Assembly (NCBI GenBank): GCA_965261735.1
Contig: OZ253470.1
Span: 4,736,001-4,800,000, forward strand
Origin: Alphaproteobacteria bacterium
GTDB taxonomy: Bacteria > Pseudomonadota > Alphaproteobacteria > SHVV01
Length of the DNA: 64,000 nucleotides
Reading direction: 5' to 3'
Below are positions 44,247-54,777 of the stretch, in pieces. Made by a program: the position numbers and the translations under genes. The notes beneath the pieces are model-generated. The model made no database searches. It had not been told where the DNA came from and saw nothing but the letters and a program-made list of their open reading frames with translations. Position 1 is the first letter of the stretch. Each line of letters begins with the position of its first letter.

Positions 44247-45050
44247 ATGTCGTCCATCCATCCCACAGCGATCATTGAGCCCGGCGCCCAAATCGGCGAC
44301 AACGTGAGCATCGGCGCCTACTGCTTCGTCGGTGCCGAGGTCGAACTCGGTGACGGCGTCGATTTGAAGTCCCACGCCGTGGTGGCGCGGCGGACACGGA
44401 TCGGCCCCAACACCCACATCTTTCCCTTCGCCTCGGTCGGCCATCAGCCCCAGGACCTCAAGTTCGCCGGCGAGTCCTCGGAACTCGTGATCGGGGCCAA
44501 TACCGTTATCCGCGAGCACGCCACCCTGAATCCCGGGACCGCGGGCGGCGGATTGATCACTCGGGTCGGCAACAATTGTCTCATCATGGTCGGCGCGCAT
44601 GTGGCCCACGACTGCCAGATCGGGAACCACGTCATCCTCACCAACAACGCCACCCTCGGCGGTCACGTCAACGTGGCTGAGCACGCCATCATCGGCGGCA
44701 TGTCGGCGGTCCATCAGTTCGTCCGGATTGGTGCCCACGCGATGGTCGGCGGCATGACGGGTGTCGAAAACGATGTGATCCCGTACGGCTCCGTCGTCGG
44801 CAATCGGGCCTACCTCAGCGGGCTCAATATCGTCGGTCTAAAGCGCCGCGGATTCTCGCGCGACGACATCCATCGGCTCCGCAATGCCTACCGCTTGTTG
44901 TTCGCGCAGGAGGGAACCCAGCAGGAGCGCATGGACGACGTCGCCGAGTTGTTCGCCGATAGCGCGGTGGTGATGGACATCATCGCTTTCATGCGCGCCG
45001 ATTCCTCGCGCGCGATGTGCCAGCCGAAATTGGGCAGTGCAACCGCCTAA
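44247..45050 (+). CDS. lpxA: UDP-N-acetylglucosamine O-acyltransferase
   Basis: IHPTAII, PQDLKF, HVAHDC, GLNIVGLKRRGF. Confidence 0.96.
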   Translation: MSSIHPTAIIEPGAQIGDNVSIGAYCFVGAEVELGDGVDLKSHAVVARRTRIGPNTHIFPFASVGHQPQDLKFAGESSELVIGANTVIREHATLNPGTAGGGLITRVGNNCLIMVGAHVAHDCQIGNHVILTNNATLGGHVNVAEHAIIGGMSAVHQFVRIGAHAMVGGMTGVENDVIPYGSVVGNRAYLSGLNIVGLKRRGFSRDDIHRLRNAYRLLFAQEGTQQERMDDVAELFADSAVVMDIIAFMRADSSRAMCQPKLGSATA

Positions 45051-45873
45051 GCTCGCCATCTTGGCGGGCGCGGGGCGCCTGCCGGGACAGCTGGCCGCGG
45101 CGTGTCAGGCGAGCGGTAGAGAGTGTTACATCGTCGCCTTCAAAGGCGAAAGCTACGCTCCAGACCTGTCCCCCGACACCTGGGTCGACTTGGCGGCCGT
45201 CGGTTCGACGCTCGCGCTGTTGCACGAGGCCGGGTGCGGCGAGGTCGTCCTCGCGGGCTCGATCCGGCGACCTTCGCTAGCAGCGCTGCGACCTGATCGC
45301 CGCGGGGCCAAGTTGATGGTCAAGCTGTTGCGCGCCCGCGGCGGCGACGACGCGCTGCTCTCCGCGGTTGTCGCCGAGCTCGAAGGCGAGGGACTTCGAG
45401 TGGTCGGAGCCGACGATGTCTTGGCCGACTTGGTGGCGCCATACGGCCCACTCGGCCAGCATCGGCCCGATGGCGCCCACGAGCGCGACATCGCGTTCGG
45501 CATTCGCGTGGTTCGCGCGCTCGGCGCTCTCGACGTGGGCCAGGCGGCGGTCGTGCAGCAGCAGCGCGTACTCGGGGTCGAGGCCGCCGAGGGCACGGAT
45601 GCTCTGCTGGCGCGCTGTGCCGCTCTGCGACTAGAGGGCGCCGGCGGTGTACTAGTCAAACTCAAGAAGCCGGGCCAGGACGCCCGCGTCGATCTGCCGG
45701 CAATCGGGCGTGCCACGATCGATGGGGCTGTTGCCGCCGGGCTCGCAGGCCTCGCCGTCGAGGCGGGAGGCGCTTTGGTGTTCCAGCGCGCGGACGTCGT
45801 CGCGGCCGCCGATCGTGCCGGCCTGTTCGTCGTTGGCGTCGAGGTCGAGGCGACCGTCGGCGAAGAGTCGTGA
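45037..45873 (+). CDS. lpxI: UDP-2,3-diacylglucosamine diphosphatase
   Basis: LAILAGAGRLP, DVGQA, EAAEGTD, KPGQD.RVDLPAIG. Confidence 0.93.
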   Translation: MQPPKLAILAGAGRLPGQLAAACQASGRECYIVAFKGESYAPDLSPDTWVDLAAVGSTLALLHEAGCGEVVLAGSIRRPSLAALRPDRRGAKLMVKLLRARGGDDALLSAVVAELEGEGLRVVGADDVLADLVAPYGPLGQHRPDGAHERDIAFGIRVVRALGALDVGQAAVVQQQRVLGVEAAEGTDALLARCAALRLEGAGGVLVKLKKPGQDARVDLPAIGRATIDGAVAAGLAGLAVEAGGALVFQRADVVAAADRAGLFVVGVEVEATVGEES

Positions 45874-47090
45874 CACCTTCGCCGGTCGGCGCGGCGATGC
45901 ACATTATGGTCGTCGCGGGCGAGCCGTCGGGGGACGCGCTGGGCGCCCGGCTGATGGCGGCGCTGGCCGAGCAGCGGCGAGGTAGGGTGCGGTTCTCGGG
46001 CGTGGGCGGCGAAGCCATGGCGGCCCAGGGCTTGGCCAGCCTCTTCCCCATGGCCGAGCTGTCCGTCATGGGGATCGCCGAGGTCGTGCCGCGCTTGCCC
46101 AAGCTGCTCGGGCGCGTCGAGCAGACGGCGGCCGCTGCCCTCGGCGGGCGGCCCGACGCCCTGGTGACCATCGATTCGCCGGGCTTCAACTTCCGGCTCG
46201 GGAGGCGGGTGCGCCACCGTGCCTTCCCGCACATCCACTATGGGGCTCCCACGGTGTGGGCGTGGCGCCCGGGGCGCGCCCGCACCATCGCGCAATTCCT
46301 CGACCACCTCATGGTCCTGCTGCCCTTCGAGCCGCCCTACTTCGAAGCCGTGGGCCTACCGGTGAGCTTCGTCGGTCATCCTGTGATCGAGAGCGTGTCG
46401 CGCGAGGCGGACGGCGCGTCATTCCGCGAACGCCATGGACTTTCCGCCGCGGCACGGCTCCTGGCCCTCCTACCCGGCAGTCGGCGCGGCGAAATCGAAC
46501 GGCTGCTGCCGGTGTTCGGCGAGGCCGTGCGGCAGCTCGCGCCCCGCGTCCCCGACCTCGCCGTCGTCGCGCCGACTCTGCCGCCCTTCGTCAATGCGAT
46601 GGTCACCGCGACCTCCGCCTGGCCCGTCCCGGTGCGCGTGACCAGCGACGAGGACGAGAAGTGGGCCGCCTTTGCCGCCTCGGACGCGGCCCTCGCGGCC
46701 TCGGGCACCGTGACGTTGGAGCTGGCGCTGGCCCATGTGCCTATGGTTGTCGCCTACCGTATGAATTCACTCACGGCCGCGCTCGCGAGGCGTTTGGTGC
46801 GCCTAGACCAAGTCAGCCTCGTCAATCTATTGCTCGATCGGCCGGTCGTGCCCGAGCTGTTGCAACAGGAGTGCACCGCCGATCGACTTGCGGCGGAAGT
46901 CGAAAGAGTCATGATGGATCGCGAGGTGCGGCAGGCACAACTGGCCGCCGCGGCCTCGATCGCGGCTCAGCTTGGTGCCGGCGAGGCGCCGCCGAGTCGG
47001 CGGGCGGCCGAGGTCGTACTCGAGGTCGCCGCCCAGGGCCCGCGCGCCGAACATCGCCATCGAGTGCCGCGCGGAACAGGAGGCTTGTAA
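45870..47090 (+). CDS. lpxB: Lipid-A-disaccharide synthase
   Basis: AGEPSGD, IDSPGFN, VWAWRP, LPGSR..E, ASGTVTLE. Confidence 0.96.
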   Translation: MTPSPVGAAMHIMVVAGEPSGDALGARLMAALAEQRRGRVRFSGVGGEAMAAQGLASLFPMAELSVMGIAEVVPRLPKLLGRVEQTAAAALGGRPDALVTIDSPGFNFRLGRRVRHRAFPHIHYGAPTVWAWRPGRARTIAQFLDHLMVLLPFEPPYFEAVGLPVSFVGHPVIESVSREADGASFRERHGLSAAARLLALLPGSRRGEIERLLPVFGEAVRQLAPRVPDLAVVAPTLPPFVNAMVTATSAWPVPVRVTSDEDEKWAAFAASDAALAASGTVTLELALAHVPMVVAYRMNSLTAALARRLVRLDQVSLVNLLLDRPVVPELLQQECTADRLAAEVERVMMDREVRQAQLAAAASIAAQLGAGEAPPSRRAAEVVLEVAAQGPRAEHRHRVPRGTGGL

Positions 47091-47509
47091 TGAGCGATAC
47101 CGAGACGAGCCAGCGGGACAACATCCGGCTCCTGCACACCATGATCCGCGTGCGCGATCTCGATCGATCGATCGATTTCTACACGCGCTGCCTGGGCATG
47201 AAGCTGTTGCGAAAGGCAGATTTTCCGAGCGGGCGCTTTACGCTCGCCTTTGTTGGCTATGGCGGCGAGGCAACCACCGCGGTGATCGAGCTCACCCACA
47301 ATTGGGATCAGGAGGACGCCTACGATCTGGGTACGGGATTCGGCCACATCGCCATAGGCATGCGGGATATCGTCGCCGCCTGCGAGCGCCTCGCGGAGGC
47401 AGGGGTCCCGATTCCGCGGCCGCCCGGGCCGATGAAGCACGGCGGCAGCTCCATCGCCTTCGTCGAGGATCCCGACGGTTATCGAATCGAGTTGATCGAG
47501 CGGCGCTGA
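47090..47509 (+). CDS. gloA: Lactoylglutathione lyase (glyoxalase I)
   Basis: LHTMIRV.DL, IELTHNW, GFGHIAI, DPDGYRIELI. Confidence 0.95.
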   Translation: MSDTETSQRDNIRLLHTMIRVRDLDRSIDFYTRCLGMKLLRKADFPSGRFTLAFVGYGGEATTAVIELTHNWDQEDAYDLGTGFGHIAIGMRDIVAACERLAEAGVPIPRPPGPMKHGGSSIAFVEDPDGYRIELIERR

Positions 47510-47518
47510 GGTTTTCGC

Positions 47519-47725
47519 CTAGCGCGCCAGGACCCACAACAACGCGGCACCGAGCCCGCCGGCGAGCAGCCAGGGGAAAGCAAGGGCGGCCCAGCGACCA
47601 AGCGGCATGGTATTGTCGTTGACGGCGCGCGCGAGCGGCTTCTTGCCCGCATTCGATTCGCGTGCCGGGGCCGGCCCAGCCGGCCCAACCCCCGCGGGGA
47701 TTCCCTTCTTGGCGACCCTATCCAC
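47519..47725 (-). CDS. Putative small C-terminally anchored membrane protein (~68 aa)
   Basis: GTG start overlapping the gltA end; fills the gltA-gloA gap; ends ...[38 protein letters not shown]. Confidence 0.5.
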   Translation of the reverse strand: MDRVAKKGIPAGVGPAGPAPARESNAGKKPLARAVNDNTMPLGRWAALAFPWLLAGGLGAALLWVLAR

Positions 47726-49040
47726 GTTGGTGCAACGGCAGGAAAGGCCGTTCCGTGGCGCCGGTGAAGAGCTGGCGCGGACGGCCAATCTTCTGAACCG
47801 GGTCTTCGACCATTTCGTTCCACTGCGCGACCCAGCCCACCGTGCGCGCGAGCGCGAACAGGACCGTGAACATGCTCACCGGGATTCCCATGGCACGAAG
47901 AATGATGCCTGAATAGAAATCCACGTTGGGGAACAGCTTCTTTTCGACGAAGTAGGGGTCCTCGAGAGCGATGCGCTCGAGCTCCATGGCGAGTTCGAGC
48001 AGCGGCTCCTTGTGAACCCCGAGCTCGTCGAGAACGTCGTGGCAGGTTTGACGCAGCACTGCGGCGCGCGGATCGTAGTTCTTATAGACGCGATGGCCGA
48101 ATCCCATCAGCCGGAAGCCGTCGTTCTTGTTTTTGGCGCGCTTGAGGAACTCGGGGACGCGATCGATGCTGCCGATTTCCTGAAGCATGTTCAACACCGC
48201 CTCGTTGGCGCCGCCGTGGGCTGGCCCCCACAGGCAGGCGATACCGGCGGCTATGCAGGCGAAGGGGTTGGCCCCGGACGACCCGGCCAGGCGCACCGTC
48301 GAGGTCGAGGCGTTCTGCTCGTGGTCGGCATGGAGGATGAAGATGCGTGCCATCGCTTTGGCGAGGACAGGGTTGACTTGGTAGTCCTCGCACGGCGTGG
48401 CGAACATCATGTGCAGGAAGTTTTCGGAGTACCGAAGATCGTTGCGGGGATAGATGAACGGCTGGCCGATCGAGTATTTGTAGGCCATCGCCGCAATCGT
48501 CGGAACCTTGGCGATGAGCCGGATCGACGCGACATTGCGCTGGTGCGGATCGCTGATGTCGAGGCTGTCGTGATAGAACGCCGACAGCGCGCCGACCACG
48601 CCGACCATGATCGCCATTGGATGGGCATCGCGCCGGAAGCCGGCGAAGAAGCGGGTCAGCTGCTCGTGCACCATGGTGTGGCGCGTGATGCGCCCGCGGA
48701 ATTCCTCTTTCTCCGTCACGCTCGGCAGTTCGCCGTAGAGAAGCAGGTAGCAGACCTCGGTGAAATCGCTGTGCTCCGCGAGCTCCTCGATACGATAGCC
48801 CCGGTACAGCAGGATGCCGTTTTCGCCATCGATGAAGGTTATTTTCGACTGGCAGCTTGCGGTCGCCATGAATCCGGGGTCGTAGGTGAAATAGCCGGTA
48901 TCGGCGTAGAGCCGGCGGATGTCGACGACGCTCGGCCCCATCGATCCCTTCACGATAGGCAGCTCTAGGGTCTGCCCGGTTTTTGGGTCGGTAAGGCTGA
49001 GGGCCGCGCCCGGATCGATCTCTCGCGCTCGCTCCGCCAT
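47718..49040 (-). CDS. gltA: Citrate synthase (type II)
   Basis: [42 protein letters not shown]. Confidence 0.97.
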   Translation of the reverse strand: MAERAREIDPGAALSLTDPKTGQTLELPIVKGSMGPSVVDIRRLYADTGYFTYDPGFMATASCQSKITFIDGENGILLYRGYRIEELAEHSDFTEVCYLLLYGELPSVTEKEEFRGRITRHTMVHEQLTRFFAGFRRDAHPMAIMVGVVGALSAFYHDSLDISDPHQRNVASIRLIAKVPTIAAMAYKYSIGQPFIYPRNDLRYSENFLHMMFATPCEDYQVNPVLAKAMARIFILHADHEQNASTSTVRLAGSSGANPFACIAAGIACLWGPAHGGANEAVLNMLQEIGSIDRVPEFLKRAKNKNDGFRLMGFGHRVYKNYDPRAAVLRQTCHDVLDELGVHKEPLLELAMELERIALEDPYFVEKKLFPNVDFYSGIILRAMGIPVSMFTVLFALARTVGWVAQWNEMVEDPVQKIGRPRQLFTGATERPFLPLHQRG

Positions 49041-49177
49041 GGCCAGTATTCCCTGCTTGAATCGATCGCCCACCGCCACGTCCGGTCCATCGACCGGCGC
49101 GGCTTGTTGTAGATCCGGAGTATAGACGATATTTGTCGCGACGGCGCAATCTGGCGTCGGGCCGGCGAGTACGTGAG

Positions 49178-50581
49178 CTACGTGATGTCTGCCCGCGAAA
49201 GACGGAAAAGCGCCGTTTCGCGCCCCAAAACCGTCAACACGTCGAAAATTGGGGGCGACGCGGTTCGCCCGGTGAGGGCCGCTCGCAGGGGCTGGGCGAT
49301 CTCGCCGAGCTTGAGGTGCTCGGTGCCGGCGAAGGCCCGCACTTCGGCCTCGAGCGAATCGATGTCCCAGGCCTCGAGGGCGGCCAGCCGATCCTTCAAC
49401 CTGGCGAGCCGCCCGAGGGCTTCCGCGTCCAATAGACGGCGCGCCTTGTCGGTGAGATCGGGGAAACCATCAATCACATAAAATCTCATACTTTCCGCGA
49501 GATCAACGATATTACTCACCCTCTGCTTCACCTCTGGGACAGCGCCGAGCAGGCGCGCGCGGGCGGGCTCGGCAAGCGGGTGGCCGAGCGTGGCCTCCAG
49601 GTAGGGTACGGCCATCTCGACGATGCGCCGCTCGTCGGCGGCCCTAAGGTAGTGGGCATTGAGGCTGTCGAGCCTCGCCTTGTCGAAGCGGGCCGGCGAT
49701 CTGCCGACCGCGCCCAGGTCGAACCAGGTAATCGCCTGCTCGGTCGCGATGATCTCGTCGTCCCCGTGGCTCCAACCGAGGCGCAGGAGGTAATTGTTGA
49801 GGGCTTCCGGCAGGTAGCCGTCGTCGCGGTAGGTTTCGACACCAAGCGCCCCATGGCGCTTGGACAGGCGCGCGCCATCGGCACCGTGGATGAGTGGGAC
49901 GTGGGCGAAGGTCGGCACCTCCCAGCCGAGGGCGGCGAACAGGTTCGTTTGCCGGGCCGCGTTGTTGAGATGATCGGTGCCGCGAATGACGTGGCTTATC
50001 CCCATGTCGTGATCGTCCACCACGACCGACAGCATGTACGTCGGTGTGCGATCCGCGCGCAGCAGCACCATGTCGTCGAGCTCGGTATTGGCGATACGGA
50101 CGTCGCCTTGGACCCGGTCGGCAATGACGGTGTCGCCCTCACGCGGTGCCTTGAAGCGAATGACGGGAGCAACCCCCGGCGGCGCGAGCGCTGCATCGCG
50201 GTCGCGCCAGCGGCCATCGTAGCGCACCGTCCGGCGCTGGCGCTGTGCCTCGGCGCGCATCTCGGCCAGCTCATCCGCGCTCGCATAGCAGTGATAGGCC
50301 TTGCCCGCCGCCAGCAGCTCCTCGGCCACCGCGACGTGCCGGTCCAAGCGTTGGGACTGGAAGACGGCATCGCCGTCCCAGTGCAACCCCAACCACTCGA
50401 GCCCGCCGATGATGGCGGCGACGGCAGCCTCGGTCGAGCGTGCCCGGTCGGTATCCTCGATCCGAAGCAGGAAGCGCCCGCCCTCATGGCGCGCGTAAAG
50501 CCAGTTGAACAGGGCGGTTCGCGCACCGCCGATATGCAGGAAACCGGTCGGGGAAGGCGCGAATCGGGTGACCACCGTCAT
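49178..50581 (-). CDS. gltX: Glutamate--tRNA ligase
   Basis: [27 protein letters not shown]. Confidence 0.96.
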   Translation of the reverse strand: MTVVTRFAPSPTGFLHIGGARTALFNWLYARHEGGRFLLRIEDTDRARSTEAAVAAIIGGLEWLGLHWDGDAVFQSQRLDRHVAVAEELLAAGKAYHCYASADELAEMRAEAQRQRRTVRYDGRWRDRDAALAPPGVAPVIRFKAPREGDTVIADRVQGDVRIANTELDDMVLLRADRTPTYMLSVVVDDHDMGISHVIRGTDHLNNAARQTNLFAALGWEVPTFAHVPLIHGADGARLSKRHGALGVETYRDDGYLPEALNNYLLRLGWSHGDDEIIATEQAITWFDLGAVGRSPARFDKARLDSLNAHYLRAADERRIVEMAVPYLEATLGHPLAEPARARLLGAVPEVKQRVSNIVDLAESMRFYVIDGFPDLTDKARRLLDAEALGRLARLKDRLAALEAWDIDSLEAEVRAFAGTEHLKLGEIAQPLRAALTGRTASPPIFDVLTVLGRETALFRLSRADIT

Positions 50582-50605
50582 GGTTTCGGGCGTTCGATGC
50601 GCACG

Positions 50606-51688
50606 CTAGTGGATTGATTCCAACGTTTGGAACCCTCTGTTTCGTGCGGCGATGATATGATCGGGGTCGGCTTTCCAGATGAAGGGTTTTGGGTTTGCGT
50701 CATTGTATTCGCGGACAAATCGGTTGATGGCGGCCTGAAGGTCGACGACGGATTGGAAGACGCCGTATTTGAGCCTGCGCCGCGTTAGTTTGGCGAAGAA
50801 GCCCTCGACGGCATTGAGCCACGAGCACGAGGTTGGCGTGAAGTGGAAGGTCCAGCGTGGATGGCGGGCGAGCCAGGCGCGGACCTTGTCCTTCTTGTGC
50901 GCGGCGTAGTTGTCGAGGATGACGTGGACGGCCTTGTCCGTCGGCACCTCGCGCTCGATGCGGTTGAGGAAGCGGATGAACTCCTGATGGCGGTGGCGCT
51001 GCATGTTCTGTGCGATGACCGTACCGTCCAGCACGTTGAGCGCGGCGAACAGCGTCGTCGTGCCATGCCGTTTGTAATCATAGGTCATCGTACCGGCGCG
51101 GCCCTTCTTCATCGGCAAGCCGGGTTGGGTGCGGTCGAGCGCCTGGATCTGTGATTTCTCATCAACCGACAGCACCACGGCATGGGCCGGCGGATCGACA
51201 TACAAGCCGACGATATCTGTGAGCTTCTCGGCGAAGGCGGGATCATTGGAGAGCTTGAAGTGCCGCCAGCGGTGCGGGCTGAGGCCATGGGCCTTCCAGA
51301 TCGCTTGGACCGTCGACGCCGCGACGCCAGCAACCTTCGCCATCGCGCGCAGCGTCCAGTGGGTCGCCTCGTGCGGCGGCGCTTGCTGGGTCAGGCGGAC
51401 GATCTCGGCGACGCGCTCCGGCGGGATCGGCGCTTTGCCAGGCGGACGGGACCTATCGCGAAGCAAGCCGTTGACACCCTCGTGCATGAACCGCTCCTGC
51501 CAGCGCCAGACACAGGTCTTGGACTTGCCGGTCTCGGCCATGATCGACGAGTTCCCGAGCCCCTCGTCGCTCTTCAGGATGATCCGCGCCCGCCAGACAT
51601 GTTTCTGCGAGCTCTTCGGGTCCGCGACGATAGCTTGCAATCGCTGACGGTCGCCAGACGTGACAGTAAAATGGATGCCGGTGCGCAT
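50606..51688 (-). CDS. IS630-family transposase (single intact ORF)
   Basis: N-terminal HTH region, VDEKSQIQALDR, YKRHGT, VILDNY, SWLNAVEGFF (DDE triad); stop codon lies in the terminal TAG. Confidence 0.95.
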   Translation of the reverse strand: MRTGIHFTVTSGDRQRLQAIVADPKSSQKHVWRARIILKSDEGLGNSSIMAETGKSKTCVWRWQERFMHEGVNGLLRDRSRPPGKAPIPPERVAEIVRLTQQAPPHEATHWTLRAMAKVAGVAASTVQAIWKAHGLSPHRWRHFKLSNDPAFAEKLTDIVGLYVDPPAHAVVLSVDEKSQIQALDRTQPGLPMKKGRAGTMTYDYKRHGTTTLFAALNVLDGTVIAQNMQRHRHQEFIRFLNRIEREVPTDKAVHVILDNYAAHKKDKVRAWLARHPRWTFHFTPTSCSWLNAVEGFFAKLTRRRLKYGVFQSVVDLQAAINRFVREYNDANPKPFIWKADPDHIIAARNRGFQTLESIH

Positions 51689-51759
51689 AGCACAGACTCG
51701 CATGACACCGCACAATACGGAATCTCAAATCGGACTCTTTCGTTCCGATCAATCCACTA
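50607..51759 (-). mobile_element. Complete IS630-family insertion sequence (coordinates include the duplicated TA)
   Basis: Ends TAGTGGATTGATtccAACG (from 50607) and CGTTccgATCAATCCACTA (to 51759); CTAG at both junctions; lower GC than the flanks. Confidence 0.93.
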
Positions 51760-51855
51760 GAATTGCCAGGAACGAGCCCTGTTTATCACATTCGAACACC
51801 TGATTCAGTAGCTGGCCGGCGGCCGGCCGACGACTCTCCTGAGGGGGGATGAAGC

Positions 51856-54020
51856 GTGACGGGCAGACTTGCGGGCGCGCCCCTCGATCTCGGCGCTCCG
51901 GGCTTCGAGGCCCGCGCACCGGCGTGGCGCCGAGCGAGTGAGGCGCTCGCTCGTGCCCTCCTCGCCGAACGCGAACGCTGGGTGTTGTGGCTCCCGGTGG
52001 CCCTCGGCGCCGGGACGAGCTTCTATTTCGCGCTGCGCATCGAGCCCGCCGGCTGGATCGGCCCGACCGCGCTCGCGGCCGCCGCCGCGGCCGCACTCGT
52101 CGTGCGACGCCACGCGCCCTACCTGGTCGCCTCGATCGCCCTCGCCGCGGCCGCTCTCGGATTGACGCTCGCTCAGGCGTCGGCCGTGATCGCGCGCGCT
52201 CCGCCGCTGGACAAGAGGATCGGCCCGGCCAGTATCGAAGGCCGCGTGGTCGCAGCCAGCGCGCTGCCGTTCGGGATCCGCCTGTTGCTCGAGGATGTCG
52301 CCATTAGGGGCCGCGACGAGCGCGCTCTTCCCCGGCGCGTACGCATCACGGTGCGGGCGTCGGGAGCGACGGCAGCGCCCGGCGATCAGGTCCGCCGGGC
52401 GCCTTCGATTTCCAGCGCAAGGCCTTTTTCGACGGCCTCGGCGCGGTGGGGTATGCGGTCGGCCGAATCCAGCTTGTCGAGGCGCGAAGCCAGTCGACGA
52501 TAGGCGATCGAGTGGCGCGGTTGCGCCAGGCTATCAGCGCTCGCGTGCGCGCCAGCCTGCCAGGCTCGGCCGGCGCGATCGCGGCAACGCTGATGACCGG
52601 TGACCGCGGCGCCATCGCCGCCCGCGACCTCGCGGCCATGCGTGATTCCGGACTCGCCCACCTGCTCGCGATCTCGGGCCTGCACATCGGCCTCATCGCC
52701 GCCATCCTGTTCTTCACCGTGCGCGGGCTCCTCGCGCTGGCGCCCCGTGTCGCCCTCAACTACCCGATCAAAAAATGGGCAGCCGCCGCCGCCATGCTCG
52801 GCGCCTTCGCCTACCTCCTGATAACCGGCCTGACGATACCGACCCAACGCGCGTTCCTGATGACGAGTATCGTGCTGCTGGCGGTGATCCTCGACCGCTC
52901 GGTGATCTCGATGGGGCTCGTCGCGTGGGCGGCGGCCGTGGCCCTGTTGCTCAGCCCTGAAAGCCTGCTCGGCCCCAGCTTCCAGATGTCGTTTGCCGCC
53001 GTGGTCGCGCTCATTGCGGCCTATGAGGTCTGCCGCGCGCCCATGATTGATTGGCTTGGCGGCGGCGGCATCGGGCGCCGGGTGCTGCTCTATTTCATGG
53101 GAATCGGACTGACCACATTAGTCGCCGGGCTGGCGACCACGCCCTTCGCCATATTCCACTTCAATCGCTTCGTGGCCTTTGGCCTCGCCGCCAACCTCGT
53201 CGCGGTCCCCGTTATGGCACTGTGGATCATGCCCTGGGCCATGCTCGCCTACGTCCTGATGCCCTTCGGCCTCGAGCGCCTAGCCCTCGTCCCCATGGGC
53301 ACCGGCATCGATCTCGTCCTCGGCGTCGCCCACACCGTCGCCGCATGGCCGGGCGCGGTGTGGCTGCTACCGCCGATGCCGACCGTCGGCCTGGTGCTTG
53401 TCGCTTTGGGCGGACTCTGGCTGTGCCTATGGCGCCGCGCCTGGCGTCTCGCGGGGATCGCGGGCATTGCCATGGGCTTTGCCACCATCGCCTTGGAGCG
53501 GCCGCCGGACGTGTTGGTGGATGGCGCGGGTCGGCTGCTGGGCGTGCGCGCAGACGGCGGGTTGATGATCTCGTCGTCACGGGCGGCCCGCATCACCGCT
53601 TCGCAGTGGCTGCGCCACACCGGGTATGCCGCGGCCGCCGCTTGGCCAGCAAATGGACGCGCGATCGGCGGCCTGCGCTGCGATGCCGTGGGATGCATTT
53701 ATCGCAGCGGTAGCCACGTGGTCGCCCTGGTCAAGGACCCGCGAGCGTTGGCGGAGGATTGCGGCGCCGCGACGGTCGTGGTGAGCATCGTACCGGTGCG
53801 CGGCCGCTGCCCGTCGGCGCAAACAGTGATCGATCGCTTCGACCTATGGCGTGAGGGCGCTCATGCCATTTGGCTGGGCGCGGACGGCGTGCGTACACGC
53901 TCGGTCGCGGCCCACCAAGGCAAGCGCCCGTGGGCTCCCCGCCGCCCGGCAAAGGGCGCGATGAACCTCGAACCTGGTGCCGCTCAGTACTTGCGAATCA
54001 GAGCTGTGAGGCGCCCTTGA
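51856..54020 (+). pseudogene. comEC: ComEC/Rec2 competence protein, frameshifted at ~52393
   Basis: N-terminal part (WLPVALGAG...RVRITVR..PGDQV) is in one frame; PGAFDFQRKAFF..GLAHLLAISGLH..SFQMSF is in another; two ORFs 51856-52503 and 52446-54020. Confidence 0.85.
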
Positions 54021-54682
54021 ACCTTGACCCGATCGGGTCCAAAGATGTGCGTCTCGAACTCGGGATTCGCGGCCTCGAGGGCGACCGAGTTGCCCTTCCG
54101 ACGAAGCCGCTTCAGCGTGACTTCCTCATTGTCGATCAGGGCGACGACGATGGCCCCGTTTTCGGCGACATCGGAGCGCTCGATAATCGCGGTGTCACCG
54201 TCGTGGATTCCCGCGTCGATCATCGATTCACCAGCGACCTCGAGCGCGTAGTACTCGCCGCGACCGAGCATCCATGTCGGCACCGGCGCCGTCGTCGTAT
54301 CACGAATCGCCTCTATGGGCGTACCCGCGGCGATACGCCCATAGAGCGGCAGCTCCACCGTCCCGCCGGTTGCGTCCACCGCCACGCCCGCGAGGGGCCC
54401 GCCGAAATCGCGGCGAATAACGTTGGAGCGCGGGCGCAAAGACTTGTCCGGCATCGGCGCAGCGCTCGACTCAGGCAAGCGGAGCACCTCGAGCGCACGG
54501 GCGCGATGCGGCAGGCGGTTGATGAATCCGCGCTCCTCGAGCGCCGTGATCAGCCGGTGGATGCCCGATTTCGACTTGAGCTTCAGCGCGTCCTTCATCT
54601 CGTCGAATGACGGCGACACGCCACTATCCATCAGTCGGTGATGCACAAACAGCAGGAGTTCGTGTTGTTTTTTCGTCAGCAT
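53984..54682 (-). CDS. lexA: SOS repressor LexA
   Basis: MLTKKQ.ELL, PSFDEMK, RIAAG cleavage site, GESM, TLKR. Confidence 0.97.
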   Translation of the reverse strand: MLTKKQHELLLFVHHRLMDSGVSPSFDEMKDALKLKSKSGIHRLITALEERGFINRLPHRARALEVLRLPESSAAPMPDKSLRPRSNVIRRDFGGPLAGVAVDATGGTVELPLYGRIAAGTPIEAIRDTTTAPVPTWMLGRGEYYALEVAGESMIDAGIHDGDTAIIERSDVAENGAIVVALIDNEEVTLKRLRRKGNSVALEAANPEFETHIFGPDRVKVQGRLTALIRKY

Positions 54683-54716
54683 CCTTGGAGATGCCCCGGA
54701 TAGGAAGAAGTGTTAG

Positions 54717-54756
54717 GTTCACCACATGTTCTAGTTTGGTTCTCCCTTGGCGTCAA
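54717..54756 (-). promoter_or_regulatory. lexA promoter with overlapping tandem LexA boxes
   Basis: GTTC-N7-GTTC-N7-GTTC (54717-54742); minus strand TTGACG (54756-54751)-N17-TAGAAC. Confidence 0.88.
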
Positions 54757-54777
54757 GCCTATTGTGGCCCCCGGCAC

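Noticed and set aside
43080-44800. Repetitive ATCGGC-rich periodicity in lpxD and lpxA
   Set aside because: Encodes the known hexapeptide left-handed beta-helix repeats.
52421-52430. Programmed frameshift at the T5 run in comEC
   Set aside because: Homology switches frame ~30 nt earlier and a conserved segment is missing, which fits a deletion better than recoding.
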